This document shows, piece by piece, positions 19,985-29,720 of a stretch of 64,000 nt of DNA. The position numbers and the translations under genes were made by a program. The notes under the pieces are model-generated. The model did no database searches and was not told where the DNA came from. It saw nothing but the letters and a program-made list of their open reading frames with translations. Source of the DNA: a virus. Numbering within the stretch: the stretch's first letter is position 1; each line of letters starts with the position of its first letter. Location of the stretch: positions 2,022-66,021 of the IMG/VR virus record IMGVR_UViG_3300044542_000416; one strand, 5' to 3'.

Positions 19985-22375
19985 CTACTTGATTCGTGTA
20001 AATCCGCGTTGACTTTTACAATAACCAAATTTATCCGGATATCCCGCTCTACGCCATCCTTTACAATTTGTAATAATGCTGTTTATCTCAGCAGTATCTC
20101 TGTTCCTTATCATTCTTGAATCACACTCCAAAGCCTCACACCATACCTCTAAAGCACAGACTTTTCGTCTCTCTACAAGTTCACCGGTATAGTTTGAGTT
20201 GCCTTCCCAATAAAGCCGCCTTTGGTCAAGAGTCCAGTTAAGCCAGTCAGCAGGTATTTTTTGTTCAAGAAAGTCAATAATTATACCTTCTCTTGCAGAG
20301 CTTTTTCTGTGACTTTCCTGCTGACGTTTTGCTTCTTCCTCAATTTTGCCGGTTAAATAAAGCGGTTCTCCAGCTCTATAACGTACTACGGCTTCGGCCC
20401 ATAGCTGGTCAATCTCATTATCAAGGTCGGTCCATATATCCTTTACAGCCTTATTTCTCCCGACGGATACAGGCCAAAAACGTCTGTTTCCTGTTCTGTC
20501 TGTTAAATATTCATCGTCGTTTGTTGTCCCAAAGAAAACGCATCTTCTCGGCATTTCTTTTACATGTCTTCCGTATGCTGCTCTGAATCTGTCTGACTGC
20601 TGGCTTAAAAACTGCTTTATTCGGCCGATATCACTGCGATTAAATGCATCCAGCTCGCCGACTTCCACAAGCCATACCCCCTGTAAAAGCTCGCTTGCTT
20701 CTTTTCCCTCAAATGTCCTTATTGAGTCATTAAACCAGCCTTTTGACATTTTCGCTATAAGTGTACTTTTGCCTATTCCCTGCGGTCCTGAATAAATAGT
20801 CATGCAGTCGAATTTGATGCCGGGTTCATAAGCTCTTGCCGCTGCCGCTGTAAACGCTTTTCTTGTTACAGCTCTTACATACGGTGTATCATCGGCGCCG
20901 AGATAGTCTATAACTAACTTATCAAGCCTCGGTATCTTGTCCCATATAAGCCCGTCAAGATACTTTGTAACATCGTTGAAGGCATTTTTATTGCTATGCA
21001 GTGACAAGGCACCGTCTATTTTGCTCATGCCTGTAATTGAGTAGCTTTTTTCCATGTACCAATAAAGTCCCTGATTGTCATTGTCATCCCAAAACCGTCT
21101 GTCGGCATTTATATTCCATGGCAGAGCATCAAGCACTTCACCCCTGCCGGCAAACTCGTTAAGAGCAAATTTGCCTTTTAAGTTCGGATCACTTTCAAGT
21201 ATTATCCATATATTATCTATGGTGTTATCTGGAAGCCCTGTTTTCGGATGCGTCTTAAGTCTTTTCATCCACTCAAGATTATTTTCATCAGCTATATCTT
21301 TAAAGTCATTTTCTGCCTGTTCAAGACGTTCCTTTTGTATAAGCAATAAAACTTCTTTATCTTCTATTGCCTTTCTGCACATGCGGTCATAGCTTGGCAG
21401 TTTATTTGTAGGCGTTCCTTCTTTTGCCTCGTCGTCAAGGTCGCCGAACAAATGCAGCCTTACCATATCGAACGCATTTACAAGCTGGCCGCCGCATGGG
21501 TCTGTAGCATGATGAGAATATAAAAACTTGTCATCGTCGTAGACTATTGCGCCTCCGGTTGTGGATCCGCCGGAGTATGTATATCTGTCTTCACAGTCTG
21601 TCTGCAAATATGTTCCCGGAATAAACTTCTCCATAGCCTGTGTTATGCTGTAAGTACGGCAGAACGCACCCACTGTACCGGATTTAAGTGTCGGGTCGCC
21701 CTGCTTTGCGGCCGACTTTTCTCTGATTTTCTGTTCTCCCGGCACCTGCGGCCATGACGATACATCCCGCCAGTTCTTATACTTAGAAAGCATACCGTCA
21801 GCAGACAAAAACGGGTTATCCTCATATGTAAAAATATATTCGCTGTCAGCACAGCAGCTTGGCCAATACATAAGCCTCTCGGCTTGGAATGTTGTCATAT
21901 CAAACCATGTCATTTCAGGCTGTATCATCTCGGCCAGCTTACGTGCAATAGGCTCATATTCTTCCGCTGTCATCGTCCTGTCTGTAAAAGTGATTACTCT
22001 TAGTCTCGGTGCCGCCGGGCTGTGCTTTCTCGTTGAATAAACCGCATAGCACATGCCGAGGCTTGAGACACGCTGTATTATGGCCTGTGTGCTTTCAGGC
22101 GGGCAGTTATCAAGGTCAAGTGTAATTACATCTCTGCTTTTAACAGCACCCTTTTTGCGCCGTCCTGTGAGGTTTCCGCCTACAAAACCGCCTATGTCCT
22201 TAAGTTCATCCTGCTTATATTTTTTCATCCGCATATAAGCTGAAAGAGTTTCTTTTCCTCTTAAAGGAATACGCAGTTTTTCAATAAGGTCGGATACACG
22301 CATAGTCTGAGGCTGCCAGTTAGTGGCTTTTCTGCTGCCCGCTGTCGATATGGTTATAACTCTGTCATTAATCAA
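19985..22375 (-). CDS. Primase-helicase, VirE/VapE family
   Basis: N-terminal TLDLD...YSTRKH primase-like region; GPQGIGKST Walker A; GTTNDDEYLTDRTGNRRFWP. Confidence 0.93.
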   Translation of the reverse strand: MINDRVITISTAGSRKATNWQPQTMRVSDLIEKLRIPLRGKETLSAYMRMKKYKQDELKDIGGFVGGNLTGRRKKGAVKSRDVITLDLDNCPPESTQAIIQRVSSLGMCYAVYSTRKHSPAAPRLRVITFTDRTMTAEEYEPIARKLAEMIQPEMTWFDMTTFQAERLMYWPSCCADSEYIFTYEDNPFLSADGMLSKYKNWRDVSSWPQVPGEQKIREKSAAKQGDPTLKSGTVGAFCRTYSITQAMEKFIPGTYLQTDCEDRYTYSGGSTTGGAIVYDDDKFLYSHHATDPCGGQLVNAFDMVRLHLFGDLDDEAKEGTPTNKLPSYDRMCRKAIEDKEVLLLIQKERLEQAENDFKDIADENNLEWMKRLKTHPKTGLPDNTIDNIWIILESDPNLKGKFALNEFAGRGEVLDALPWNINADRRFWDDNDNQGLYWYMEKSYSITGMSKIDGALSLHSNKNAFNDVTKYLDGLIWDKIPRLDKLVIDYLGADDTPYVRAVTRKAFTAAAARAYEPGIKFDCMTIYSGPQGIGKSTLIAKMSKGWFNDSIRTFEGKEASELLQGVWLVEVGELDAFNRSDIGRIKQFLSQQSDRFRAAYGRHVKEMPRRCVFFGTTNDDEYLTDRTGNRRFWPVSVGRNKAVKDIWTDLDNEIDQLWAEAVVRYRAGEPLYLTGKIEEEAKRQQESHRKSSAREGIIIDFLEQKIPADWLNWTLDQRRLYWEGNSNYTGELVERRKVCALEVWCEALECDSRMIRNRDTAEINSIITNCKGWRRAGYPDKFGYCKSQRGFTRIK

Positions 22376-22386
22376 TTTTTACCACC

Positions 22387-24387
22387 TCAGTCTTTTGTGA
22401 AATAAGCTCCCGTCCAGCCGTCGGCAGCCATAGGAAGCCCCGGGCAGAACGGTATAGGCTCACCCATAAGCGCACACACTTTTTTAAGGTCGGCCTTTTC
22501 CGGTTCCGTTTCGATTACTACCTCATCATGAATATGAAAAACAATTCTATAACCTAAGGCTTCAAGCTTTTGTATGTTTACAGCAAGGCAGTCACGAGCT
22601 ATCGCCTGTACTATATTTTCAGTTAGCTTGCCGCCATAGGTTTCAATTTGTTCCCATTTCTTCGATGGGCCTATGCCGTAATAACCGAGTGCTTTGTTTC
22701 CCCAGCGGTTTAATGTTAAATACGGCTTTGCATAAAACAATTTGCGTTTTGAAGGCAGCGTTATTGTAAGAAAGTCCTGTCCGTTTGTTATATCCGCTTC
22801 TCTTGCAAAAATAAGGCCTCTTGTTCCTACCGCTTTACAGCTCTCAACTGCCTGTATTGCCGCCGACTCTATTGCTTTCCAGCACCGTACTATATTTTTA
22901 TTAGCCACGCGCCACTTGCTTACAATGTCCGGCAATTCATTTTCAGATAAACCCATTTTTAACGCACCTGTATTTATAAGCGCCGGCGGTCCGCCGGCAT
23001 AGCCCAAAGCAAGAGTTGCGACCTTGCCTCTTTGCCGCAGGGCGTATTCAGGATTGCCCTTTACAATCTTCTCTATAGGAACATTAAACATTTGACTGGC
23101 CGTCGCCTCATAAATTTTCCCATGTGTACGGAATACCTCGAGTTCCCAGTCTTCACCAGCAAGCCATGCAATTACACGCGCCTCAATAGCGGAGAAATCT
23201 GCGTCAACAAATACCTTTCCTTTTTCCGGAATAAAGGCAGTTCTTACAAGCTGTGACAATGTGTCAGGCACATTTCCGTATATAAGTTTTAAGCCGTCTA
23301 CGTTCTTTTGTTTTACAAGCTCTCGCGCATTATCAAGCGTTTTGCCGTGTATGTAAGTCCTTGGTAAGTTCTGGACCTGTACAAATCTGCCGGCCCACCT
23401 GCCTGTACGATTAGCACCGTAAAACTGTAACATTCCCCTTAAACGATTGTCGTCACACATAGCATTAACCATGGCAGTATATTTTTTTACACTGGTTTTA
23501 CCCATTTCCTGACGCAGTTCAAGAAGTCTGCGTACATTTTCCGGAAGTTCTGTATCAAGCATTTCAGATACTGTTTCTTTGGATAGGCCTGTTATATTTT
23601 TGCCTGTTTCCTGTGTAAGCCAGTTTTTAAGCTGTGCAACGCTGTTTGGATTATCAAGGCCTGTTATTTCCTTTGCCTCATTTGTCTGAATAGTGTTTAC
23701 AGCTTCATTGCAATATAAGGCGCCGTCAACAAGTTTTGTATCAATAGCCACACCCCTTGAGTTTTGAATAAGGTCAAGCTCCCATTGTTTTTGTACTTGT
23801 TCCGGCACAGGAAAAGCCGAAAGCCGTCTTTCTATCTCCATTTCAGTAACAACATCCTGACCGTTATATTCTTTAAACAGCTCCCATTTTTCAGGCTCGT
23901 GATACGGATTATTTCTTGTTCTGCCTCCGTTGCTTTTTGTAGGTTTGCATGGTGAACAAAAAATCTTTATAAGTGCTTTGCCTGTTGCAAGCTTTTGTTT
24001 GTCCTGAGGAAGTCCTAAAGCCTTGCCTGTTGCGTCAAGTCCTGCTGTATATCCGCAGTACATACCATGAAGCATTGTACAGCGCCACTGCGAAAGCCAC
24101 GTATTTCTCTGTTCTTCGGTTAGGTTAAAATACTTTGAAAGACAGTACCATTCAAAAGCGGCATTGTACGCATGCTTAATGTAATTACTGTCAAATAATA
24201 TCTGTTTTATTTCATCGGATAAAATATCTTTTGTCAGGTCGATTGTTTTAACTTCTTCACCGTCAATGCTGTAAGCTAACAATAAGATTGAAAAATCAGG
24301 GCTTTGTGCATATTTGTATAGCCCTGATTTCTTTATATTAACGGATGAGAACGTTTCAATATCGACCGATAAATGCCGTTCTCCCAT
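22387..24387 (-). CDS. Phage DNA polymerase, family A
   Basis: DIET exonuclease, HAYNAAFE, TGRWAG, DFSAIEARV, KVATLALGY, HIHDE. Confidence 0.95.
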   Translation of the reverse strand: MGERHLSVDIETFSSVNIKKSGLYKYAQSPDFSILLLAYSIDGEEVKTIDLTKDILSDEIKQILFDSNYIKHAYNAAFEWYCLSKYFNLTEEQRNTWLSQWRCTMLHGMYCGYTAGLDATGKALGLPQDKQKLATGKALIKIFCSPCKPTKSNGGRTRNNPYHEPEKWELFKEYNGQDVVTEMEIERRLSAFPVPEQVQKQWELDLIQNSRGVAIDTKLVDGALYCNEAVNTIQTNEAKEITGLDNPNSVAQLKNWLTQETGKNITGLSKETVSEMLDTELPENVRRLLELRQEMGKTSVKKYTAMVNAMCDDNRLRGMLQFYGANRTGRWAGRFVQVQNLPRTYIHGKTLDNARELVKQKNVDGLKLIYGNVPDTLSQLVRTAFIPEKGKVFVDADFSAIEARVIAWLAGEDWELEVFRTHGKIYEATASQMFNVPIEKIVKGNPEYALRQRGKVATLALGYAGGPPALINTGALKMGLSENELPDIVSKWRVANKNIVRCWKAIESAAIQAVESCKAVGTRGLIFAREADITNGQDFLTITLPSKRKLFYAKPYLTLNRWGNKALGYYGIGPSKKWEQIETYGGKLTENIVQAIARDCLAVNIQKLEALGYRIVFHIHDEVVIETEPEKADLKKVCALMGEPIPFCPGLPMAADGWTGAYFTKD

Positions 24388-24390
24388 AGC

Positions 24391-24987
24391 TTACATCGGA
24401 AGTCCGGTTATAGGATTAATTGCAGGAGCAGCTTGCGTCTCAAGTCCTGCAAAGTCCTGCTCTGCCGTTGTTCCGCCGCTTAACGGCTCACCGTCTCTTG
24501 TTTTCATTACATTGCCGAGGCCGCATCCTACACCGCGGTTTCCGCTTGCATCATAGGGGAAGAAATTTACAGTTACGCGTGCATACATTCCGCTGTAGAT
24601 GTCTGTTTCGGCAAGCTGTACCCTTACGTTTGACTGATGCACTGTCTGAGGCATCTGCTTACTTGATGCTGTAACTACCCAATTCCCTTTGCACTCGTCT
24701 CCAAATGGCTCTCCTGAAGGCCTTACGCCGTCACCGTCATATATAACCGGATATCTAAGCTGCGGTCTTGAGCCTTTCCATTTGTCTTTTACACCTATTT
24801 CATAAGCAGCGTTCAGAGCTGATTTAAGGTCGTTATATGTAGTTGTATCTGTTTTCGGAACAAGTATTGTGCAACTGTATTTTGGTTCTCCGCCGTTGTT
24901 GCTGTATGGTCTTGTTAAATGTTCATAACTAATTCTTACTTCTCCTGTAAGGCATTTGGTTGCTGTATTCTGATACATTAAAATCAT
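24391..24987 (-). CDS. ssDNA-binding protein, DUF2815 family
   Basis: KYSCTILVPK, YSGMYARV, GVGCGLGNVMKTRDGEPLSG. Confidence 0.9.
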   Translation of the reverse strand: MILMYQNTATKCLTGEVRISYEHLTRPYSNNGGEPKYSCTILVPKTDTTTYNDLKSALNAAYEIGVKDKWKGSRPQLRYPVIYDGDGVRPSGEPFGDECKGNWVVTASSKQMPQTVHQSNVRVQLAETDIYSGMYARVTVNFFPYDASGNRGVGCGLGNVMKTRDGEPLSGGTTAEQDFAGLETQAAPAINPITGLPM

Positions 24988-24997
24988 CCCCTCATAA

Positions 24998-26164
24998 TTA
25001 ATTAGTTTCTAAGTTTCCAAAATCCGCTAAAGCGGGATTATATACATCTCTCGAGTCACTTTCAGGAACAAGCGTCGGTTTTCCGGCCGGTTTTACTATG
25101 TAATCTCCAAGCATTGCGGAGAAATCCTTTTTGCCTATCAGCTTTTCACATTCTGTAAGTGTAATAGGTACTTTTTTATAGAGCATAGCTTTCTTTGTTC
25201 CGGCATCAGTAAGCACTTTGTATGCTTTGTCAACGTCGGTAAATGCTCTGTTGCTTCGGCCTTCAACTACTTTCCAGCCGTCGATATGTTTTCCCGCAAG
25301 TGAAGCGTTAAGGGCATATTTTTCAAGCTGTGTGTACCACTTTTTAATGTTAGAAGCAAGTGTAAGAGCTTTCCCCACTTCGGAGTCAGATAAAAGCGGC
25401 GGTAGTTTGCCAAGCTGAGGCTGTACTACTTTCATTTGGCTTAAATACGCACGGCAGTTTCCGCGGCATTTGCAGAAATGACTGTCGCACCACTCGCCGG
25501 CAATACAGTCACCCTCGCCTTTAAAGGCTTTCTCAGCCTGAGGTTTCACAATTAGTTCAGCCCATTTTTTGAGGTCATTGGCTGATATTTCTTCATCTGA
25601 TGTGTTGTTCATTCTCGGCTGAAAAATATGTAAATCTACGGTTTTTATATCAAACAGAAAGCTGTAGGCATTAAGTGCACCAAGTGCGTAAAGCCGCATT
25701 TGTGGGTTGTTCTCGGCATCCACTTTTACCGTTTTGCCGTATTTAAAATCAATGATACGCAGTTTATTTCCACCGATTATTATGCAGTCGGCCGTGCCAA
25801 AACCTTCCGGCGCATAGTCTGAATAGTCAATTGGCTTTTCAAGGTCAACATGAGGGCGTATACTGAAAGACATAGCTACGTCTTTTAGGTAGTCAAGATA
25901 ATCGTCTGTGTAGTTATCAATATCTTTGCTGTAGAGCTCATTCTTTTTTAATGCCAATAGTTCCTTTTCATATTTTGACTTGGTCATTGAAGTAGTAAAA
26001 AAGTACTTTCTCGCTTTAAGCTCGGCGAAAGAATGTGCAAGCGTGCCTTCCGCGGCCGACTCTCCGGCAGTATCTTTTATGTTTTCTTCCAGCCTTGCCG
26101 ACGGTGTGCAGTGAAGCCATTTGTCAGCGGATGAGGCTGAAAGAAGTGCATGTTTGTCTGGCAT
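24998..26164 (-). CDS. DUF2800 PD-(D/E)XK (Cas4-like) nuclease
   Basis: HALLSASS, AAEGTLAH, GFGTADC, IIDFKYG, NPQMRLYALG. Confidence 0.92.
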   Translation of the reverse strand: MPDKHALLSASSADKWLHCTPSARLEENIKDTAGESAAEGTLAHSFAELKARKYFFTTSMTKSKYEKELLALKKNELYSKDIDNYTDDYLDYLKDVAMSFSIRPHVDLEKPIDYSDYAPEGFGTADCIIIGGNKLRIIDFKYGKTVKVDAENNPQMRLYALGALNAYSFLFDIKTVDLHIFQPRMNNTSDEEISANDLKKWAELIVKPQAEKAFKGEGDCIAGEWCDSHFCKCRGNCRAYLSQMKVVQPQLGKLPPLLSDSEVGKALTLASNIKKWYTQLEKYALNASLAGKHIDGWKVVEGRSNRAFTDVDKAYKVLTDAGTKKAMLYKKVPITLTECEKLIGKKDFSAMLGDYIVKPAGKPTLVPESDSRDVYNPALADFGNLETN

Positions 26165-26661
26165 TATATCTGTGCCCCCATTCCTCTTATGGCAACTGCA
26201 AAGTCGTTGTATTTTTCCTTCGGAAGCTGCGGAAGCGCGTTTACACCGAAGGATTTGAGAAGGTTAATAAGTTCCTGCTGTTTCCCGGCGTTAAGTAAAG
26301 TAACTGCCGCATTTGAGAGCTGCTCAAGTGTGTATCCTGTTGGCTGCTGTACAGGTGCCGGCTGTACTGGCGCTTGTGTACTGACTGTGGGCTGTACCGG
26401 CGTTGTATTAATTGGCGGTTGCTGTATTGGTGCTGTATAAACGGGCTGTACCGTTGTTGGCTGTGTGGGTGCTGGCGCTGTATTAACAGACTGTACTGGT
26501 GTATTAACTGCTGGTGTTGAAGGTGCTGCATTAACCTTTTCTACAGTTTTATTTGTTCTTACTTCCAAGACTGCTGAAGCGGCCAGTATTGAGTCCGAAA
26601 GTGCATTTAAGGCTTTTAAAAACTCTCCGTCTGCTGATATGGTAATTTTTAATTCACTCAT
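26164..26661 (-). CDS. Hypothetical replication-module protein with Pro/Gln/Thr linker
   Basis: Usual neighbour of DUF2800; C-terminal LLKSFGVNALPQL domain. Confidence 0.75.
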   Translation of the reverse strand: MSELKITISADGEFLKALNALSDSILAASAVLEVRTNKTVEKVNAAPSTPAVNTPVQSVNTAPAPTQPTTVQPVYTAPIQQPPINTTPVQPTVSTQAPVQPAPVQQPTGYTLEQLSNAAVTLLNAGKQQELINLLKSFGVNALPQLPKEKYNDFAVAIRGMGAQI

Positions 26662-26662
26662 T

Positions 26663-26857
26663 TTAATGCCCCCCTAATTTTAAAATCTTTGACTGCTGTG
26701 TTTTTGATAGCGTCCTAAAACCGTCTAAATCCATAAGTATAAAACCGTGCTCATGCTCAACTTTTAAGTATTCTTGGAGCTCCGGCATATGCTTCTTTTT
26801 TCTGCTGGTGTTTATCTCTGTTTTTGCAAGCTCTATTTGCCTGTCCCACTTGCTCAA
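26663..26857 (-). CDS. Hypothetical protein
   Basis: RBS and operon packing. Confidence 0.55.
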   Translation of the reverse strand: MSKWDRQIELAKTEINTSRKKKHMPELQEYLKVEHEHGFILMDLDGFRTLSKTQQSKILKLGGH

Positions 26858-26870
26858 ATTTAATGCCCTC

Positions 26871-27404
26871 CTAATCGCTAAGTGCTTTCTTTACATATTC
26901 TTTTGATTCTCTAATCTTTTGTCCAACTGCTGATTTTGAGTATCCGCATTTTTTAGAAATTTCTCTTACCGTGTATCCGTCTATGTACAATGAAAGTATT
27001 TTTCTTTTACTTTCATCGAGACTATTAATAGCACATTTTATCGGTATAGCGCTTTTATCATCGGGTAAAGCGGTAAGTATAGATTCATTTAAAGTAAGTG
27101 TATCTGTTAACGCTGCATCCATACTTATGCATGTACCTCTGTTTTTTCTTAACGAATTCCCTACTGCTGAAAAGAACGACCGGCTAACTATTGTTGTAAA
27201 TGAATACCTCTGTAAATTTGTATCTTGCAGGTATTTTTTAGCGGTAGTAATAAGTCTTAAGGCTAAAAGGTCATAGCATTCATCTAAGTCAAGATGATGC
27301 TTGTGTATGTACCAGTAGATAAGATTATGGCTCTTTTCCACTAACATCTTTTCTTCTTCTGTCAGTTTACGTGTCTTTTCTTTTTCTGATAATGTACAAT
27401 TCAT
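26871..27404 (-). CDS. Sigma-70-like / region 4 HTH transcription factor
   Basis: LVEKSHNLIY, FTTIV region-2-like; GYTVREISKKCGYSKSAVGQKI HTH. Confidence 0.75.
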   Translation of the reverse strand: MNCTLSEKEKTRKLTEEEKMLVEKSHNLIYWYIHKHHLDLDECYDLLALRLITTAKKYLQDTNLQRYSFTTIVSRSFFSAVGNSLRKNRGTCISMDAALTDTLTLNESILTALPDDKSAIPIKCAINSLDESKRKILSLYIDGYTVREISKKCGYSKSAVGQKIRESKEYVKKALSD

Positions 27405-27415
27405 CTTTCACACCC

Positions 27416-27510
27416 TTTACAAAATTCTGTTTTTGCAGTATAGTTAAATTGGTTTTTTATATTTGCCGCTTTTGGGATTGCCGTCCCTAAGCGGCTGTTT
27501 TTATTTTTTA
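27416..27510 (+). ncRNA. Putative small antisense RNA unit (promoter, hairpin, U-tract), copy 1
   Basis: TTTACA-17-TATAGT, then GCCGCTTTTGGGATTGCCGTCCCTAAGCGGC plus T-tract; 39 bp identical to 60573-60611. Confidence 0.55.
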
Positions 27511-27857
27511 TGGTTCAAATCTATGTAGCAAAGTCCTATTTCATGGTCATACAAAAGGTCATAATCGCCGATAAAATCCGCTAAGATTTCCGATGCTTTG
27601 ACGGTGCCAGCATTATCTTCGTCCCGAAAGCTTACAGCAAGTCCTACCGACGGGCCACTTCCTTTAAAATAAATACGGTTAGCCGTAACTGCATACTGTA
27701 TATATCTTGTGTGCCTGTTTTTAATCAGCCGTGTAAACGAGTTGTTTCTAAATCGAAAACTTGTCTGCCTTCCGCCACCTTTACCCCGTTTTACAATACT
27801 TATTCCAACATCTGCGTCGCTTTTGTGCATTTTCTTGCCTTTCCAATCAAGTTTCAT
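27501..27857 (-). CDS. Hypothetical protein
   Basis: 118-aa ORF with RBS, in early operon. Confidence 0.7.
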   Translation of the reverse strand: MKLDWKGKKMHKSDADVGISIVKRGKGGGRQTSFRFRNNSFTRLIKNRHTRYIQYAVTANRIYFKGSGPSVGLAVSFRDEDNAGTVKASEILADFIGDYDLLYDHEIGLCYIDLNHKK

Positions 27858-28015
27858 CTTTTCTCCTCTCCGGCAATCTGCCTTGCGTAACTTCTATTAA
27901 CTCTTTTAAGCCTTTCAATTTTTGTGTCATACTTTCTTTTCCAGTTTTTAAACTCACTCCAAATTAATTTAAGCGTAAAAACCATGCTTAAAAAGATTAC
28001 CCAACCTGCCGCCAT
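27854..28015 (-). CDS. Small membrane protein
   Basis: AAGGAGG RBS before ATG 28015; N-terminal TM segment. Confidence 0.6.
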   Translation of the reverse strand: MAAGWVIFLSMVFTLKLIWSEFKNWKRKYDTKIERLKRVNRSYARQIAGEEKR

Positions 28016-28028
28016 GCTTGCCCCTCCT

Positions 28029-28289
28029 TTAGCAGATAACAATTTGATACTCCGGGTGTTCCCAATTCTCACTGTTACGGTATTCAATCAACGCATAGAA
28101 CCTATCATCGCCTTGATACAATGCCGGGATTCTGCAATCCTGATGAACACACCCGGATTCTACACCTAACTTCTGACCGCCTTCCCTGCTCCAAGGTGTT
28201 GTCTCACTCAGTCCACTGCTGATTAAATGAGCTGCTTCGGCTGAACTTGTAATAAAAATTTTATAGCTTGAATTGTTTGCATTTTTCAT
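28029..28289 (-). CDS. Hypothetical protein
   Basis: AAGGAGG RBS; operon packing. Confidence 0.65.
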   Translation of the reverse strand: MKNANNSSYKIFITSSAEAAHLISSGLSETTPWSREGGQKLGVESGCVHQDCRIPALYQGDDRFYALIEYRNSENWEHPEYQIVIC

Positions 28290-28323
28290 GCCTGTTCCTC
28301 CTTTTCTTATGTAAGTAGAACAT

Positions 28324-28503
28324 TTAGTTTGCTATATTGAATCGTTCTTCAAAGTATTTCCGTGGAACCCTTCCGGATACTGTAAGAAATCCTTTTTGAT
28401 TGAGCTCTTTATTAAGTGCTCTCATAATTGCATAAGCCTTGCCTTCTGATACTTCTAATAGTTGCATTACATCTTTACAGCGAAAATATTTTTTCTCACT
28501 CAT
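28324..28503 (-). CDS. xis: Excisionase, ICEBs1 Xis-like
   Basis: DVMQLLEVSEGKAYAIMRALNKELNQKGFLTVSGRVPRKYFEER. Confidence 0.8.
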   Translation of the reverse strand: MSEKKYFRCKDVMQLLEVSEGKAYAIMRALNKELNQKGFLTVSGRVPRKYFEERFNIAN

Positions 28504-28516
28504 ACTATTTCGCTCC

Positions 28517-29296
28517 TTAACTTGCCTGATCAACTCCATATCTGATACACATATCTTTAACAATTGCTACATACCCTTCAATTAGCTTTTTATCATTTGC
28601 TATGACGTCCAACTTATTGAGCTTGTCTATCTTTGACTTACAAACGCCATTTAAAGACATGGTCTTTTTCATATTTGTAAGTCTTATTGATAAAGCAACC
28701 CCAAAGCGTTCATCCAACAATTTATAGCTCTCTTCTCGAATTACATTAAGATGCTCATAGCCTCCAGCCTTAAGAGCCATCTTGTTGATTAGCTTTGATG
28801 TGTCCTTCCGCCAGTCGTTAGGGTTGAGTGCAACAACATCTTTAATATTGTCAATACGCTTGTTGGTGTCCTCAATAGCCTTCTCCTGTTCTTTTTGAGC
28901 AAGCTGTGTTTTAGCTACACTGTCAAATATCTGCTTGAACATTTGAAGTTCAGGGCTGAGCTGAGAAATATCAAGTCCCGTTTTTATCGTTTGTTCCATG
29001 TCGTGAAAACGGTTTATGTACTTCGCAGTAAATTCGGTACCTTTAATACCAGTGAGTTTGTTTGCTATAAACTCGCAGCCCTTTCGAGTCACAAGGTAGC
29101 ATGGTCTTTCTTGATTATTGGCATCTTTATAAGAGCTTTCTTGGAAAAATTCGCCCAAGTGAATATTCCCTTCGGCTCCCTGTGTTATGTATCTGCGAAT
29201 ATCTTTAAGTAATTCGCTGTGTTGTTTTTCTACCATCTCGGCCACTTCTCGGCTGTCAAGTGTTTGTGCTACTGGTTTTTCTAATAATTGGTTCAT
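28517..29296 (-). CDS. Rha-family antirepressor/regulator
   Basis: LDSREVAEMVEKQHSELLKDIR, KGCEFIANKLTG, FTAKYINRFHDME. Confidence 0.9.
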   Translation of the reverse strand: MNQLLEKPVAQTLDSREVAEMVEKQHSELLKDIRRYITQGAEGNIHLGEFFQESSYKDANNQERPCYLVTRKGCEFIANKLTGIKGTEFTAKYINRFHDMEQTIKTGLDISQLSPELQMFKQIFDSVAKTQLAQKEQEKAIEDTNKRIDNIKDVVALNPNDWRKDTSKLINKMALKAGGYEHLNVIREESYKLLDERFGVALSIRLTNMKKTMSLNGVCKSKIDKLNKLDVIANDKKLIEGYVAIVKDMCIRYGVDQAS

Positions 29297-29311
29297 GTGA
29301 TTCCTCCTTGT

Positions 29312-29485
29312 TTATAAAATTGTCTTTCTGCTCTCCTCGAAGATTTTTAGGTCTTCTTCTCTAATACGGTAGCCATTTCCAATTTTAATAGCTGGCAGTT
29401 TTTTTGATCTTATCCAGCTCCATACAGTTCTTGCTTTAACACCGTATTTTAATGAAATTTCGTTACATGTGTACAGTTTATCCAT
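29312..29485 (-). CDS. Excisionase-like HTH protein (Cro position)
   Basis: YTCNEISLKYGVKARTVWSWIRSKKLPAIKIGNGYRI; first gene of leftward operon. Confidence 0.8.
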   Translation of the reverse strand: MDKLYTCNEISLKYGVKARTVWSWIRSKKLPAIKIGNGYRIREEDLKIFEESRKTIL

Positions 29486-29509
29486 AATTATCACCTCTCT
29501 TTTTGTAGG

Positions 29510-29700
29510 GTTTAATACTTACGTTTACTTACGTAAAGTGATATACTTTTATTTATAAGATTACCACATCAAAAAATAAAAGCATTGCGTATGCAAAAGT
29601 ATTTTTGTTCTGTTTACTTTTGTTGATGTAAGTATAGTGTACTACAGCTTGCGTTATTAGTCAAGCCTTTTTACTCATGCTTTTCGTAAGTAATGCTTTT
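29510..29700. promoter_or_regulatory. Lysis/lysogeny switch of prophage 1
   Basis: Leftward TTGACT-17-TACACT (29664-29636); rightward extended -10 TGATATACT (29539-29547); repeated TACTTACG/CGTAAGTA boxes. Confidence 0.55.
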
Positions 29701-29720
29701 TTGTGAAGGGAGCACAAAAA

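Noticed and set aside
24998-26164. Cas4-like nuclease as a sign of CRISPR-Cas
   Set aside because: It is the DUF2800 member of the standard PolA/SSB phage replication module; no cas genes or repeat-spacer array seen in the window
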